Virus record (IMG/VR): IMGVR_UViG_3300045988_118801
Span: 17,384 to 81,383 of that record
DNA length: 64,000 nt
Source of the DNA: a virus
Reading direction: 5' to 3' (one strand)
Shown in pieces: positions 27,015 through 35,693 of the stretch (position 1 is its first letter; the number at the start of each line of letters is the position of its first letter). The notes beneath the pieces were generated by a model, which worked only from the letters and a program-made list of their open reading frames with translations, was not told the DNA's origin and did not search any database. The position numbers and the translations under genes were made by a program.

Positions 27015-27212
27015 TCAATTTAATTTTGTCAATAATTTATCTATTTGCTTTTGAATATCACTTATAGCATCCCTTATTTCCGCTTTCTTCTTTGAGTGAA
27101 GCGTGCTAAAGTTGTAACCGTTTAAAGCGGTTAACGTATCGTGAAACATTTCCATTTCACACATATAGCCGAACAAAATAGTTCGTTTTATCTGCTTTTC
27201 TTTGTCGGACAT
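27015..27212 (-). CDS. Small hypothetical protein
   Basis: ORF track. Confidence 0.4.
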   Translation of the reverse strand: MSDKEKQIKRTILFGYMCEMEMFHDTLTALNGYNFSTLHSKKKAEIRDAISDIQKQIDKLLTKLN

Positions 27213-27215
27213 GGT

Positions 27216-27509
27216 TTAATACAAATTATCGTATAGTTCACTCATATATTCAATAAATTCGCTCTTCGTCTTATATGATTCAAATCCTAAAGCAGAAAGA
27301 AACTTACGCTTACTTTGTACGCTTGATAAATCGGAGTTCTCATTGCAAAAGTCCTGAACGCTTCCGCTATTGTCATGTAGCCAAAGTTCAAACAAAGAGT
27401 CATTCTTGTCTGAAATAGATTGGAATAACTCAATAAATAAATATTCCTTTTGCTCTTCTTTTAGCTTTTCCAGACTATCGAGTAGCTCGTTAAATAATTC
27501 CTTTTTCAT
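27216..27509 (-). CDS. Small acidic hypothetical protein
   Basis: ORF track. Confidence 0.4.
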   Translation of the reverse strand: MKKELFNELLDSLEKLKEEQKEYLFIELFQSISDKNDSLFELWLHDNSGSVQDFCNENSDLSSVQSKRKFLSALGFESYKTKSEFIEYMSELYDNLY

Positions 27510-27513
27510 AAAT

Positions 27514-27747
27514 TCAATAAAACAAATTTACCAACACGCCGTTTAAATCTCTGTTTCGCTTGTATATCCCTCTAGTGATATGTATTTTTATATCTGAATA
27601 TCCGCAAACATCCTTGAAAGAAAGCACTTTTATGTATAAACCATCTTTTTCGTTTGCATAACATTTTAAATGACTTGTGTTTTTGCATTCATTTATTAAG
27701 TCATTCAGGAAATAATTTGATAAATCAGGCGAAAAAACCTGTTTCAC
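27514..27747 (-). CDS. Small hypothetical protein
   Basis: ORF track. Confidence 0.4.
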   Translation of the reverse strand: MKQVFSPDLSNYFLNDLINECKNTSHLKCYANEKDGLYIKVLSFKDVCGYSDIKIHITRGIYKRNRDLNGVLVNLFY

Positions 27748-28175
27748 TTCGTTTGTGTTTCTTGTAATTTCACTATCTAAAAGTGAATTTAAAAAAAGAT
27801 TTTAGTTTTTCCATATAGTTCTGTAGTTAAAAGTTCGTGCCCGCTTCGTGAACTTTCACACGCTGCAAAGATTTTAACTTTTACGGGCTAATTAGTTATT
27901 TAGTTTAAATGTTGTATTTCTCTTTTACATTTAGAAGGTATTCCTTGCCTTCTTCTGTTTTTTCGGCTACATCGAAAATTTTTCCGTCTACTTCTAAAGC
28001 AATAAAAGGGAATGATATAATAACTTTCCCCCTGTTTAATGTAATTGCTTCTATTAAATTATTTCCTATCTGTTTCATATCAATACAATTTAATTCGTTT
28101 ATTTGCGTTTTTAGCCACTTTCACACGTAAATAGTATAAATATACCACAAACGTATGAAAGTTTAAATTTCGGGC

Positions 28176-28502
28176 TTATTTATCCTCAAAACGTTTTATT
28201 AATTCATAATAAAGTTGTACATCTTCTTTATCAGGATAAAACCAACGTATAAAACCATTATATTTTTCGTCATACGTTACAACTCGACCAGCACAAACCA
28301 GTTCACCGTTAAAAGTTAAAGCCCTTATTTCATAATCTGAAAAATCAGGGTGCAACTTTTTTATCTTTTCGTTCCAGTTCCAGAAGTGAACATATTCTAC
28401 CGTTTTTTTATCACTATGCAAAACAACTTTATCACTTTCAAATAATTCTTTTAAGGTTGTTTTACCTGATATAATTTGTTTGTACAATTTACTTTTCTTC
28501 AT
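28176..28502 (-). CDS. Hypothetical protein
   Basis: ORF track. Confidence 0.45.
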   Translation of the reverse strand: MKKSKLYKQIISGKTTLKELFESDKVVLHSDKKTVEYVHFWNWNEKIKKLHPDFSDYEIRALTFNGELVCAGRVVTYDEKYNGFIRWFYPDKEDVQLYYELIKRFEDK

Positions 28503-28514
28503 AGGTATAATTTT

Positions 28515-28775
28515 TTAAATTAGTTTTACATCCTTTTGCCTCAAAGTAGTAGTGTAAGTTTTTCGGGCTTTTGGTTTTAATTTGTATTCGATAACGTAAT
28601 AATAAAAGCCGTTATCTTTATACAAGTCGATAATTTCCCCAAAATTAAAGCCGTTCCCGCTTACTTTTCCGCCAACTTTATAAAGTTGTGTTTCTTTCCC
28701 TGATATTTCAGGTAGTACAACTTTTTGCGCTTCGTTTTTTGTTTTTAGCGTGTTGTCATAGAATGAATGTAACAT
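28515..28775 (-). CDS. Hypothetical protein
   Basis: ORF track. Confidence 0.45.
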   Translation of the reverse strand: MLHSFYDNTLKTKNEAQKVVLPEISGKETQLYKVGGKVSGNGFNFGEIIDLYKDNGFYYYVIEYKLKPKARKTYTTTLRQKDVKLI

Positions 28776-28852
28776 AAGACATAATTTTATAAGTAAAAAA
28801 TTGTACTCTTAATAAATTTTATAAGGCGAATAATCAATATTATTTTCTTTTG

Positions 28853-29197
28853 CTATTTCTTCAGTTTTTTCCTCGATATCTTTGCAAGATATTGCAATAA
28901 TAAAATAGATTCTTTCGTTTTTTCTTGCAATTTGTTTACATTGAAATTAAAGTTTTCAAAATTAAGTTTATCAGCATACAAACCGTATTTTTTTACATAT
29001 AATAGTTTATCATTTGCCCAATTTTCCATAACTTTAATATAGTTATGGTTTGCGCTCTTCTTTAATGCCCAAACACAAAAACCATCTTTAATACTTTTGT
29101 ATGCTTCTTTTCTTGTTAGCAAATTACAATTTTTAGATGCTTTTTCGTTTAGCAACAAATTTGTAGCCTCAAGTTTAATTTGATATAAATCTTTCAT
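28853..29197 (-). CDS. Hypothetical protein
   Basis: ORF track. Confidence 0.45.
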   Translation of the reverse strand: MKDLYQIKLEATNLLLNEKASKNCNLLTRKEAYKSIKDGFCVWALKKSANHNYIKVMENWANDKLLYVKKYGLYADKLNFENFNFNVNKLQEKTKESILLLQYLAKISRKKLKK

Positions 29198-29514
29198 AAT
29201 AGTATTGTTTTAATTGTTAGTAACTTTCTTTATTGATAACAACACACTTGCAATAACAAGTATTGACAAGCATACAAGTAATGTTATTTTGTCTTTTGAC
29301 ATGAAACCGATAACAGGCAATAATATACCTAGTAACGTGATAATGTGTTTTTTCATGTTAACAAAATTTTGTTATATAAACGAACTCGTTATAAGCTTCT
29401 TTGAACGAATAGTTGTTATTCTTTGCTATTGTGGAAAGAATATCTTTAAACACTTGAATATCTGTATTAATGAATATAGATATTAAAAATGAACTTTTTA
29501 TTTTCATGGTTCGA

Positions 29515-29748
29515 TTAATTTATTCTGTTTCCGTATGAATCTAACTTTGCGTTGTTAATTTCACGTATTATCATTTCATTGCCGAAAGAATCATACTTAA
29601 CGTATTTGTAGTGACAATTTCTAAGGTTGTGAAATACTTTCGCTTTCTTTGCGCTTGCAAACGATTCGTTAACCTGATATTTGCGCCAAATTGATTTAGT
29701 GAAAAGTGGCGCAATGTTCTTTAATTCGGATATAATTATAATTTCCAT
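29515..29748 (-). CDS. First gene of the leftward arm, hypothetical
   Basis: ORF track; borders the control region. Confidence 0.45.
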   Translation of the reverse strand: MEIIIISELKNIAPLFTKSIWRKYQVNESFASAKKAKVFHNLRNCHYKYVKYDSFGNEMIIREINNAKLDSYGNRIN

Positions 29749-30203
29749 AAGACTAATATTTAAATTGTGGATACTCTATTTGTTCACTCTGTATTAATAG
29801 GCTTGTGACTATCGGAATTTACCCGGCTACATTAAACAATAACAGGCGAACGACTTAACGCTACTTTAAAGTTCTTTACTACCTGAATGTTGCAGAAGGT
29901 TATCGGCTACTTTGTCGGCAAATATCTTACCCTTTCGATATTGCATGTTATTTCACCAGTCTTAACCAGGACATATATTACACTGTTATTCTGCTTTCCA
30001 GTTCTAACACTTGTAAGATGTTAGCGTTTCATTAATTCAAAGAACTATACGATAAGTTCTTAACACAAAGTTTTAATATTTAAACTAATTGATACACCGC
30101 TATTCGTATATTTGTCAATATTAATAATATCAACCAAAAAAACAGACTTACATGTATTAATGTAGCTTTTAAGTTAGCAATGTATTAAAGAACTATCTGT
30201 TTT

Positions 30204-30390
30204 TCTTATCTGGTACAAAGGTAAGACTTTTATTTGAAACTTGCAAATATATTTGCAATTATTTTCAAGCTATCTTACCAATACCAGAAAGAACCACTTT
30301 GTAAAGTCAGGCTTTTGTTTGTCCTTATCTTTACACAACAAAGGTACTAATTATTTTTTAATCTACAAATATATTTGTAATTTATTTCTA
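30204..30390. repeat. Two copies of a roughly 60-nt module, each ending in a perfect palindrome containing TATATTTG
   Basis: Both copies share CTTATCT..ACAAAGGTA..(about 20 nt)..CAAATATATTTG. The palindromes are TTGCAAATATATTTGCAA (30241-30258) and TACAAATATATTTGTA (30364-30379). Confidence 0.7.
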
Positions 30391-31149
30391 TGTAAAAGCG
30401 ACTTTTAACGTTCGTTTAAAATAACCGCAATATTTTTACATTTATAAACTGTTTATTTATAAAATTGTAACTATTACAAATACTTTCTTTGGATAATATT
30501 ATATATTATCTTTCTTTGTTATATATATATCAGGAATATATATTATATATATGTTTAATATAAATTTGTAATGAATACAAAAAGTAAAATATATCAATAA
30601 TAAATAATTTGTAAAAGTATAAAAAATAAATACTTGTATTAATATTTAATATTTAACAAAAATAAATAAGGAAGCAAAACAAACAAAACGGCAACCTGAT
30701 AATGATTCGGAACTTTGCGGATTTTCTTCACGCAAACACTTTCTATTGGAAAATATTTCTTGTGTAAACTTTTCATCAGACTTAGAACTTTATGTTGGCA
30801 AATTAATTTCCATTGGAAAATATCTGCAAGCGTGCAATACGTTCGTATTGTTCATTTGCAGCCGATGTTAGACGTGTTTTTTCTTCGTTCTTATATCTTA
30901 TATCACTTTGTTTGCGTTCGTTGAATATAGCGCAAAATAATAAGACTTAGACGGGCATCCTTTTGTATCCCTGAATCGTGCCCGAAAGATACCCCCTGGT
31001 TGGGCGGGTACTGTTTGTTTTCCTCAGAGCGCAAGTTAGGCTTTGAAAATATATATTTTTAATTTTTTTTCTATTTTTTTATTTTCATTCAATTTTTCTA
31101 TTCTCCATAGAATATTTTTTATTTTTTCTCCAAAAATTACCCCTTAAAC

Positions 31150-31180
31150 ATTGATTTTATCAATTTTCTCCCTATCTTTG
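31150..31180 (+). promoter_or_regulatory. Probable rightward promoter (ATTG-N19-TATCTTTG)
   Basis: TATCTTTG at 31173-31180 matches TAnnTTTG. The -33 box is only 3 of 4. Confidence 0.45.
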
Positions 31181-31317
31181 CATAGAGAATAAGGCTATAC
31201 TTCTAAAATTTGCTTTCTTATAAGCCTATTTTTCTGATTTTCTTTTGAAATTGGTACAAGTTATAGTCTTAGCCTCTAAAAATTGAAAATTTACGTTTCA
31301 CTAAAATTAATTAATCT

Positions 31318-32039
31318 ATGGATATAAAAGGAAAGGTGTATTGTTTCTTTGAACAGAGCGGTACGTTTAAGAATGAGTTCATAAAATTGGGGTATGAAGC
31401 ATACGACTACGACATTCAGAACAACTTCGGGCAGACTGACTATGTTATAGACTTGTTTTCTGAGATTGAGAAAGCATACGATGACAAGCCGAGTATTTTT
31501 GACAATATAAAAGTGATGATTTGATAGTTGCATTTTACCCTTGCATATTTTTCAGCCAACAGAATACTACCTTTTTCGATGGTACAAATTGGAATTGGAA
31601 AGATAAAGATTGCAAGTATAAAGCAGAACAGATACTTTTAAGAAGTAGAGAAAGGCAACATTTTTATGAAGTAGCATTAAAGATGTTTACCGTGTGTGAT
31701 ATTAGAGGTCTTAAACTTATAGTTGAAAATCCTTACACTACAATACATTACTTGTATAATAATTTCCCTTATAAACCTTCAGTTATTGACAAAAACAGGC
31801 AGTTAAGAGGGGATTATTTCAAAAAGCCTACTCAATATTGGTTTGTAAACTGTGAACATACAAATGGAAGGTCATTGCAAAATCCTACACAAAAAAAGAC
31901 TGTAAACGGATTATCTGGTCATACAGGAAGTTTATGCGATGAGGACAGGTCTTTAATTTCTCCAGACTACGCACGCAACTTTATCTGTGACTTTATTTTA
32001 GGCAAGAAGCAAGAAACAAGTCAGCTAAGTTTGTTTTAA
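31318..32039 (+). CDS. Small C5-cytosine-methyltransferase-like protein; the reading frame needs a -1 shift near 31510
   Basis: The first ORF has a motif-I-like VYCFFEQSGTF. The second frame is open from 31503 and gives SDDLIVAFYPC (motif IV PC) and LIVENPYT (motif VI ENV-like). Confidence 0.5.
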
Positions 32040-32058
32040 ATATAAAATTTGAATTGAC

Positions 32059-32505
32059 ATGAACAACTACGACCAAATCTGCAAAAAGCTATTTGAGCTG
32101 ATTCCAAAAGATGAATGGGAAAGGCTGAACGGCACTTTAGGAGAGATGTGCTCTGAATTTTTAGTTTTCTGTGACACATACTATCATTTGAGCAAGATTA
32201 TTCCTAAAGATTGGACGGTGATTGACTTTGGTGCTGCAAACAATCCGCAGAGTTACTTCTTTACGGAGCACAAGAAATACATTGCAGTCAACCCTATAAG
32301 TGATATTCCCGAAGAAAACGGAATGTTTTGTCCTCTTAATTGTGAGATTTACCGAATGACTACGGGTGAATTTATAAAAACCGTAGATTATCCGAAAGAA
32401 AAAGTCTTTGCTGTATGTAACTTTGTCCCTGATTGGCACGGTGAAAATAGCATGGAACTTGTGAGAAAGAATTTTAAGAATTGTTACACATTTTATCCTG
32501 ATTGA
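32059..32505 (+). CDS. Hypothetical protein, possible SAM-methyltransferase fold
   Basis: WTVIDFGAANNPQSYFF...YIAVNP weakly resembles motif I plus the post-I region. Confidence 0.3.
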   Translation: MNNYDQICKKLFELIPKDEWERLNGTLGEMCSEFLVFCDTYYHLSKIIPKDWTVIDFGAANNPQSYFFTEHKKYIAVNPISDIPEENGMFCPLNCEIYRMTTGEFIKTVDYPKEKVFAVCNFVPDWHGENSMELVRKNFKNCYTFYPD

Positions 32506-32508
32506 TTT

Positions 32509-32805
32509 ATGAAAATCCGAGAATTAGAAAAAGAGTTTGTAAAGAAGGGTGTGAAATACACTCAGATTGAGAAGAACGATGTTTATGTTTTGTACAAATG
32601 TCAGTGTTTGGAATATGCAGACACTTACTATGAAGTATTCAGACCGAGATTAGTTCCTCCGCATCCATACGATACAGGCGGTTATGACATGGTTGAGGCT
32701 TATCCGTCAAATGAGAGTTTCGGATGCAATTCTTGGTGCTGTTCTGACATAGATTCCTTGAAAAAGGTTATGAAGAAGCAGTTTGATATATATTATAAGG
32801 CTTAA
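32509..32805 (+). CDS. Hypothetical protein
   Basis: ORF track. Confidence 0.45.
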   Translation: MKIRELEKEFVKKGVKYTQIEKNDVYVLYKCQCLEYADTYYEVFRPRLVPPHPYDTGGYDMVEAYPSNESFGCNSWCCSDIDSLKKVMKKQFDIYYKA

Positions 32806-32963
32806 TTTACTGTTAGATAAGCGTGATTTTCCGATTTTCTTTGTTTGAATGATAACTTGTATAGGTTAGTCGGAGAAAGTTCATAAATTGCGTTTGTCTA
32901 AAATTATTGGAATTTAGTTGTAGGTTTGAAACTTTATACTTAAATTTGTGGTGTTAATTTAAA

Positions 32964-33290
32964 ATGTATGGATTTATGACAAAAGAAGATATTAAAAAGG
33001 CAGCAACCGAATATGCCAATGAAGCGTGTCGCTCACTTTGGAGAACAGGTAAAGAGCAAGTATGTATGGTTGATTTTATAGAAGGTGCTAAATGGAGAAT
33101 CAATTCCGTTTGGCATGATGCTACTGAAAAGCCTACTAAAAAGAAAATTATCATAGTCGTAACAGATTACGGTTATATGTTACAAATAAGTTTTATAATA
33201 GGTGCAGATGATTGGGATGAATTTGTAAATGAAGGATGTATAGCAAAATGGTGTTATAAAGAGGATTTATTACCTAATATGGAGGAATAA
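32964..33290 (+). CDS. DUF551-like protein (intact paralogue of 12073..12420)
   Basis: GAKWRINSVWHDATEKP ... AKWCYKEDLLP. Confidence 0.5.
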   Translation: MYGFMTKEDIKKAATEYANEACRSLWRTGKEQVCMVDFIEGAKWRINSVWHDATEKPTKKKIIIVVTDYGYMLQISFIIGADDWDEFVNEGCIAKWCYKEDLLPNMEE

Positions 33291-33292
33291 TT

Positions 33293-33610
33293 ATGGCAAG
33301 GTCTAAGACTTGTGAAATTTACAAGAAAATACAAAGTTTGCTTGGCAGCAATGTGCCAGCGGTTGAACGTCTTGGATATTTGGATGATTCAATTTGGAAA
33401 TTTGAGCTTTTGAGAGGTGCTAAAAAGAATGTAAAGGCAGATTTTACTTACAAGAAAAAGATAATTTTCGGATTTAGTCAGGTTGTTCGTAACGAGGTTG
33501 AAGTGAAGATTGACGATGAAATCCTTGAAAGAATCATAGACATGTTTGAAGAAGAATATGAAAAGCAGGTAGAAATCTGTGAAAAATTAATCAGTAAATT
33601 AGAAAGATGA
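33293..33610 (+). CDS. Hypothetical protein
   Basis: GGAGG lies upstream of the ATG. Confidence 0.45.
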   Translation: MARSKTCEIYKKIQSLLGSNVPAVERLGYLDDSIWKFELLRGAKKNVKADFTYKKKIIFGFSQVVRNEVEVKIDDEILERIIDMFEEEYEKQVEICEKLISKLER

Positions 33611-33613
33611 TTT

Positions 33614-33826
33614 ATGGCAAAGAAAGAATTTAAAATAGGAGAAGTGTTTTAGTGCGGATTGGTGAAGTTGAAATGCGAGAAATACAAAATAAATGGAAAA
33701 GGAATTTCTTGTAATGATTGTTACTTCGGATGGGAATGCAAGGATATGGCAGGAAAATGTAGCGCAGGAAGCCGTGAAGATAAAACCGATGTTATTTTCG
33801 TAAAAGTGGATGATATAGAAGAATAA
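33614..33826 (+). pseudogene. Small Cys-rich (zinc-ribbon-like) protein with in-frame TAG at codon 13
   Basis: MAKKEFKIGEVF*CGLVKLKCEKYKINGKGISCNDCYFGWECKDMAGKCSAGSREDKTDVIFVKVDDIEE, with TAG at 33650-33652. Confidence 0.5.
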
Positions 33827-33831
33827 AATAT

Positions 33832-34033
33832 ATGGTAGTAGAAACAGAAAGACTGGTTAGTGTAAGAGAGTATGCCGACTACAAGGGAGTTTCCCTTACG
33901 GCAGTCTACAAAATGGATTGACAAAGGAGAAGTAAGAGGTGTCAAGATTGGAATTTTTAACTTTGTAATGCTTGAATTGGATGAGGCAAAGAAGATTAAG
34001 GAGAGGAAAGTATCAGCCTATTTCAAAGGTTGA
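33832..34033 (+). pseudogene. Excisionase/MerR-like HTH protein split by one extra A in an A4 run
   Basis: Frame 1 reads MVVETERLVSVREYADYKGVSLTAVYKMD*. Frame 2 reads ..KWIDKGEVRGVKIGIFNFVMLELDEAKKIKERKVSAYFKG*. Removing one A at 33910-33913 would give AVYKWIDKGEV. Confidence 0.5.
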
Positions 34034-34102
34034 ATACGTTGTTCAGGATTGTCCTATATTGGGGAAGAAAATTGTTGTACATTATTTAGATAACGAAAAG
34101 AA

Positions 34103-35206
34103 ATGAATATTAGAGTTAATAAGTCGGAATTTGTAAAAGGTCTTTTGGTAGGAGGCTCTTTTGCTGGCATAACAAAGTTTTTGCCTATTTTGGATTGTGT
34201 AAAGATTAAGGCAAAGAACGGAAGCATGGTAATTGTTTCTTCTGACAATGAAAATGCTATCAGCAAGCGTATATTTGGTGTAGAATCGGACGGTGAGGTT
34301 TCGTTCTGTGCAGGTTATAAAAGCCTTCTGTCTTACGTGAAACTTATAAAGAGCGAATTTATAGACTTGGTGGTTGACGATGAGGTCAAGAATTTGGAGG
34401 TCAAGCATGACAAGGGAAGTGTAAGTCTGCCCCTTTCTGATGCTTCTGAATTTCCTTCGATGCAGCCTGATGAAAATGCGGTATGTATCAGCATGGACAG
34501 TGCTTTGTTGAACAACTGGATTGTGGACGGTCAGGTATTTGTAGGCAATGATGAGTTACGTCCAGTTGTGGGGACTATCTATTTTTATTGTTCAAACGGT
34601 GAATTGGGAGTATGTTCTTCTGACGGTTACTACATGTTTACTGATTTTGTAAGTTCTGAGCTTGAAGATTTCAACTTTATGCTAAACAAGAGAGCGTTTA
34701 AAGCCGTATGCGATGTGTGTAAGGACACTGATATTGTGAAAGTAAGCATTGGTACTAAGAACGTCAAGTTTTCTTCAGACGATTGTTCTGTTTTGGTAAG
34801 AACCATTGAATCAAAATATCCAAACTTCAAGTCCGTTTTTCCCAAAAACAATCCTATAAACGCAAAACTGTTGAAGAAAGACCTTGTTGATGCAATTAAC
34901 CGATGTAAACTTGGTGCAAGTCAGACTACTTGTCTTGTGAAACTGAATATTTCAGGCATGAACTTGGAAGTAAGTGCGCAAGATTTAGATTTCAATATCA
35001 AATCTGTGGAAAATATGCTTGTTGAGGCTAACGGAAGTATTGTTATAGGCTTTCATGCAGAGAAATTGCTTGCAGTATTGGGTTGTATAGGCACGGAATA
35101 CGTAAATATTGAGCTTTCCGACGCTTCAAGGGCGGGATTGTTCAAGGAAGATGATGAAAACAGTCATAAGCTGTTACTTCTTATGCCTATGCTTCTGAAC
35201 GATTAG
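34103..35206 (+). CDS. dnaN: DNA polymerase III beta sliding clamp
   Basis: 367 aa. Shows the DnaN pattern LPILDCVKIKAKNGSMVIVSSDNE ... SEFPSM ... KYPNFKSVFP, and the three-domain length. Confidence 0.8.
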   Translation: MNIRVNKSEFVKGLLVGGSFAGITKFLPILDCVKIKAKNGSMVIVSSDNENAISKRIFGVESDGEVSFCAGYKSLLSYVKLIKSEFIDLVVDDEVKNLEVKHDKGSVSLPLSDASEFPSMQPDENAVCISMDSALLNNWIVDGQVFVGNDELRPVVGTIYFYCSNGELGVCSSDGYYMFTDFVSSELEDFNFMLNKRAFKAVCDVCKDTDIVKVSIGTKNVKFSSDDCSVLVRTIESKYPNFKSVFPKNNPINAKLLKKDLVDAINRCKLGASQTTCLVKLNISGMNLEVSAQDLDFNIKSVENMLVEANGSIVIGFHAEKLLAVLGCIGTEYVNIELSDASRAGLFKEDDENSHKLLLLMPMLLND

Positions 35207-35224
35207 AAATATTTTGGTATTTTA

Positions 35225-35255
35225 TTTGTTTTTACTTTATAAATACCTATATTTG
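35225..35255 (+). promoter_or_regulatory. Consensus Bacteroidota promoter TTTG-N19-TATATTTG
   Basis: TTTG at 35225-35228 and TATATTTG at 35248-35255. Confidence 0.65.
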
Positions 35256-35347
35256 CATTGTAGAATTGCTTTATTATTAACAAATCCTTGTCGGTTGGAT
35301 GGTTAAACCGTCATTTTAAAATATTACAACATGAACAAAAGAGTAGT

Positions 35348-35635
35348 ATGGATTGGAATAAAATTAAAATCGAAATAGCAAAAACGGCTATGTCTTCATT
35401 TATATCCAGACCCAATCATGGATATTCTTACGAGGAAATATCAATAATGTCAAGGAGATACGCCGAGGAAATGCTTAAGCAATTAAATGGCGATTACGAA
35501 AAAGAAATTGCCAATAAAGCAAAAGAAGAAATGATTAAAACTTTTAAAGACTGGTTTTGTGAACCTTACTGCCGATTCTACGGCAATGAGGATTATTGCA
35601 AAACTTGCCTTATGAATAAAAAAATGAATTTATGA
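35348..35635 (+). CDS. Hypothetical protein with C-terminal Cys cluster
   Basis: ATG at 35348 lies within track ORF 35288..35635, whose own start is a TTG. Contains CEPYCRFYGNEDYCKTC. Confidence 0.45.
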   Translation: MDWNKIKIEIAKTAMSSFISRPNHGYSYEEISIMSRRYAEEMLKQLNGDYEKEIANKAKEEMIKTFKDWFCEPYCRFYGNEDYCKTCLMNKKMNL

Positions 35636-35656
35636 AATAAAAAAAACGCAAAATAT

Positions 35657-35687
35657 TTTGGTGGTAATATAATAATCACTATATTTG
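35657..35687 (+). promoter_or_regulatory. Consensus Bacteroidota promoter TTTG-N19-TATATTTG driving a non-coding transcript
   Basis: TTTG at 35657-35660 and TATATTTG at 35680-35687. Confidence 0.65.
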
Positions 35688-35693
35688 CAATGT

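Larger units (their letters stand above)
29749..31317. promoter_or_regulatory. 1.57-kb ORF-free divergent control region (candidate early promoters / origin)
   Basis: All genes to the left are minus strand and all to the right are plus strand. The region contains palindromic -7-like boxes, a block of over 85 percent AT at about 30480-30700, repeated 12-mers and a GC-rich hairpin island. Confidence 0.6.

Noticed and set aside
29766-29774. DnaA boxes as proof of an origin (TGTGGATAC here; 7-8 of 9 matches at about 14382, 17110 and 24982).
   Set aside because: There is only one near-consensus box in the intergenic region. The other matches are inside genes and consistent with chance. I mention it only as weak supporting context.
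30408-30846. Mpi-type serine-invertase recognition repeats (ARACGTWCGT-like): ACGTTCGT at 30408-30415 and 30839-30846.
   Set aside because: The two copies are in direct, not inverted, orientation. They match the remembered consensus imperfectly. An 8-mer is expected about twice by chance on both strands of 64 kb, and another copy lies inside a gene at about 4577.
30715-30924. Track ORF 30715..30924 (69 aa) as a real gene in the control region.
   Set aside because: It has an alternative start codon, an F/L/C/R-rich translation and no promoter or RBS context. It spans the repeated 12-mers and is likely a chance ORF.
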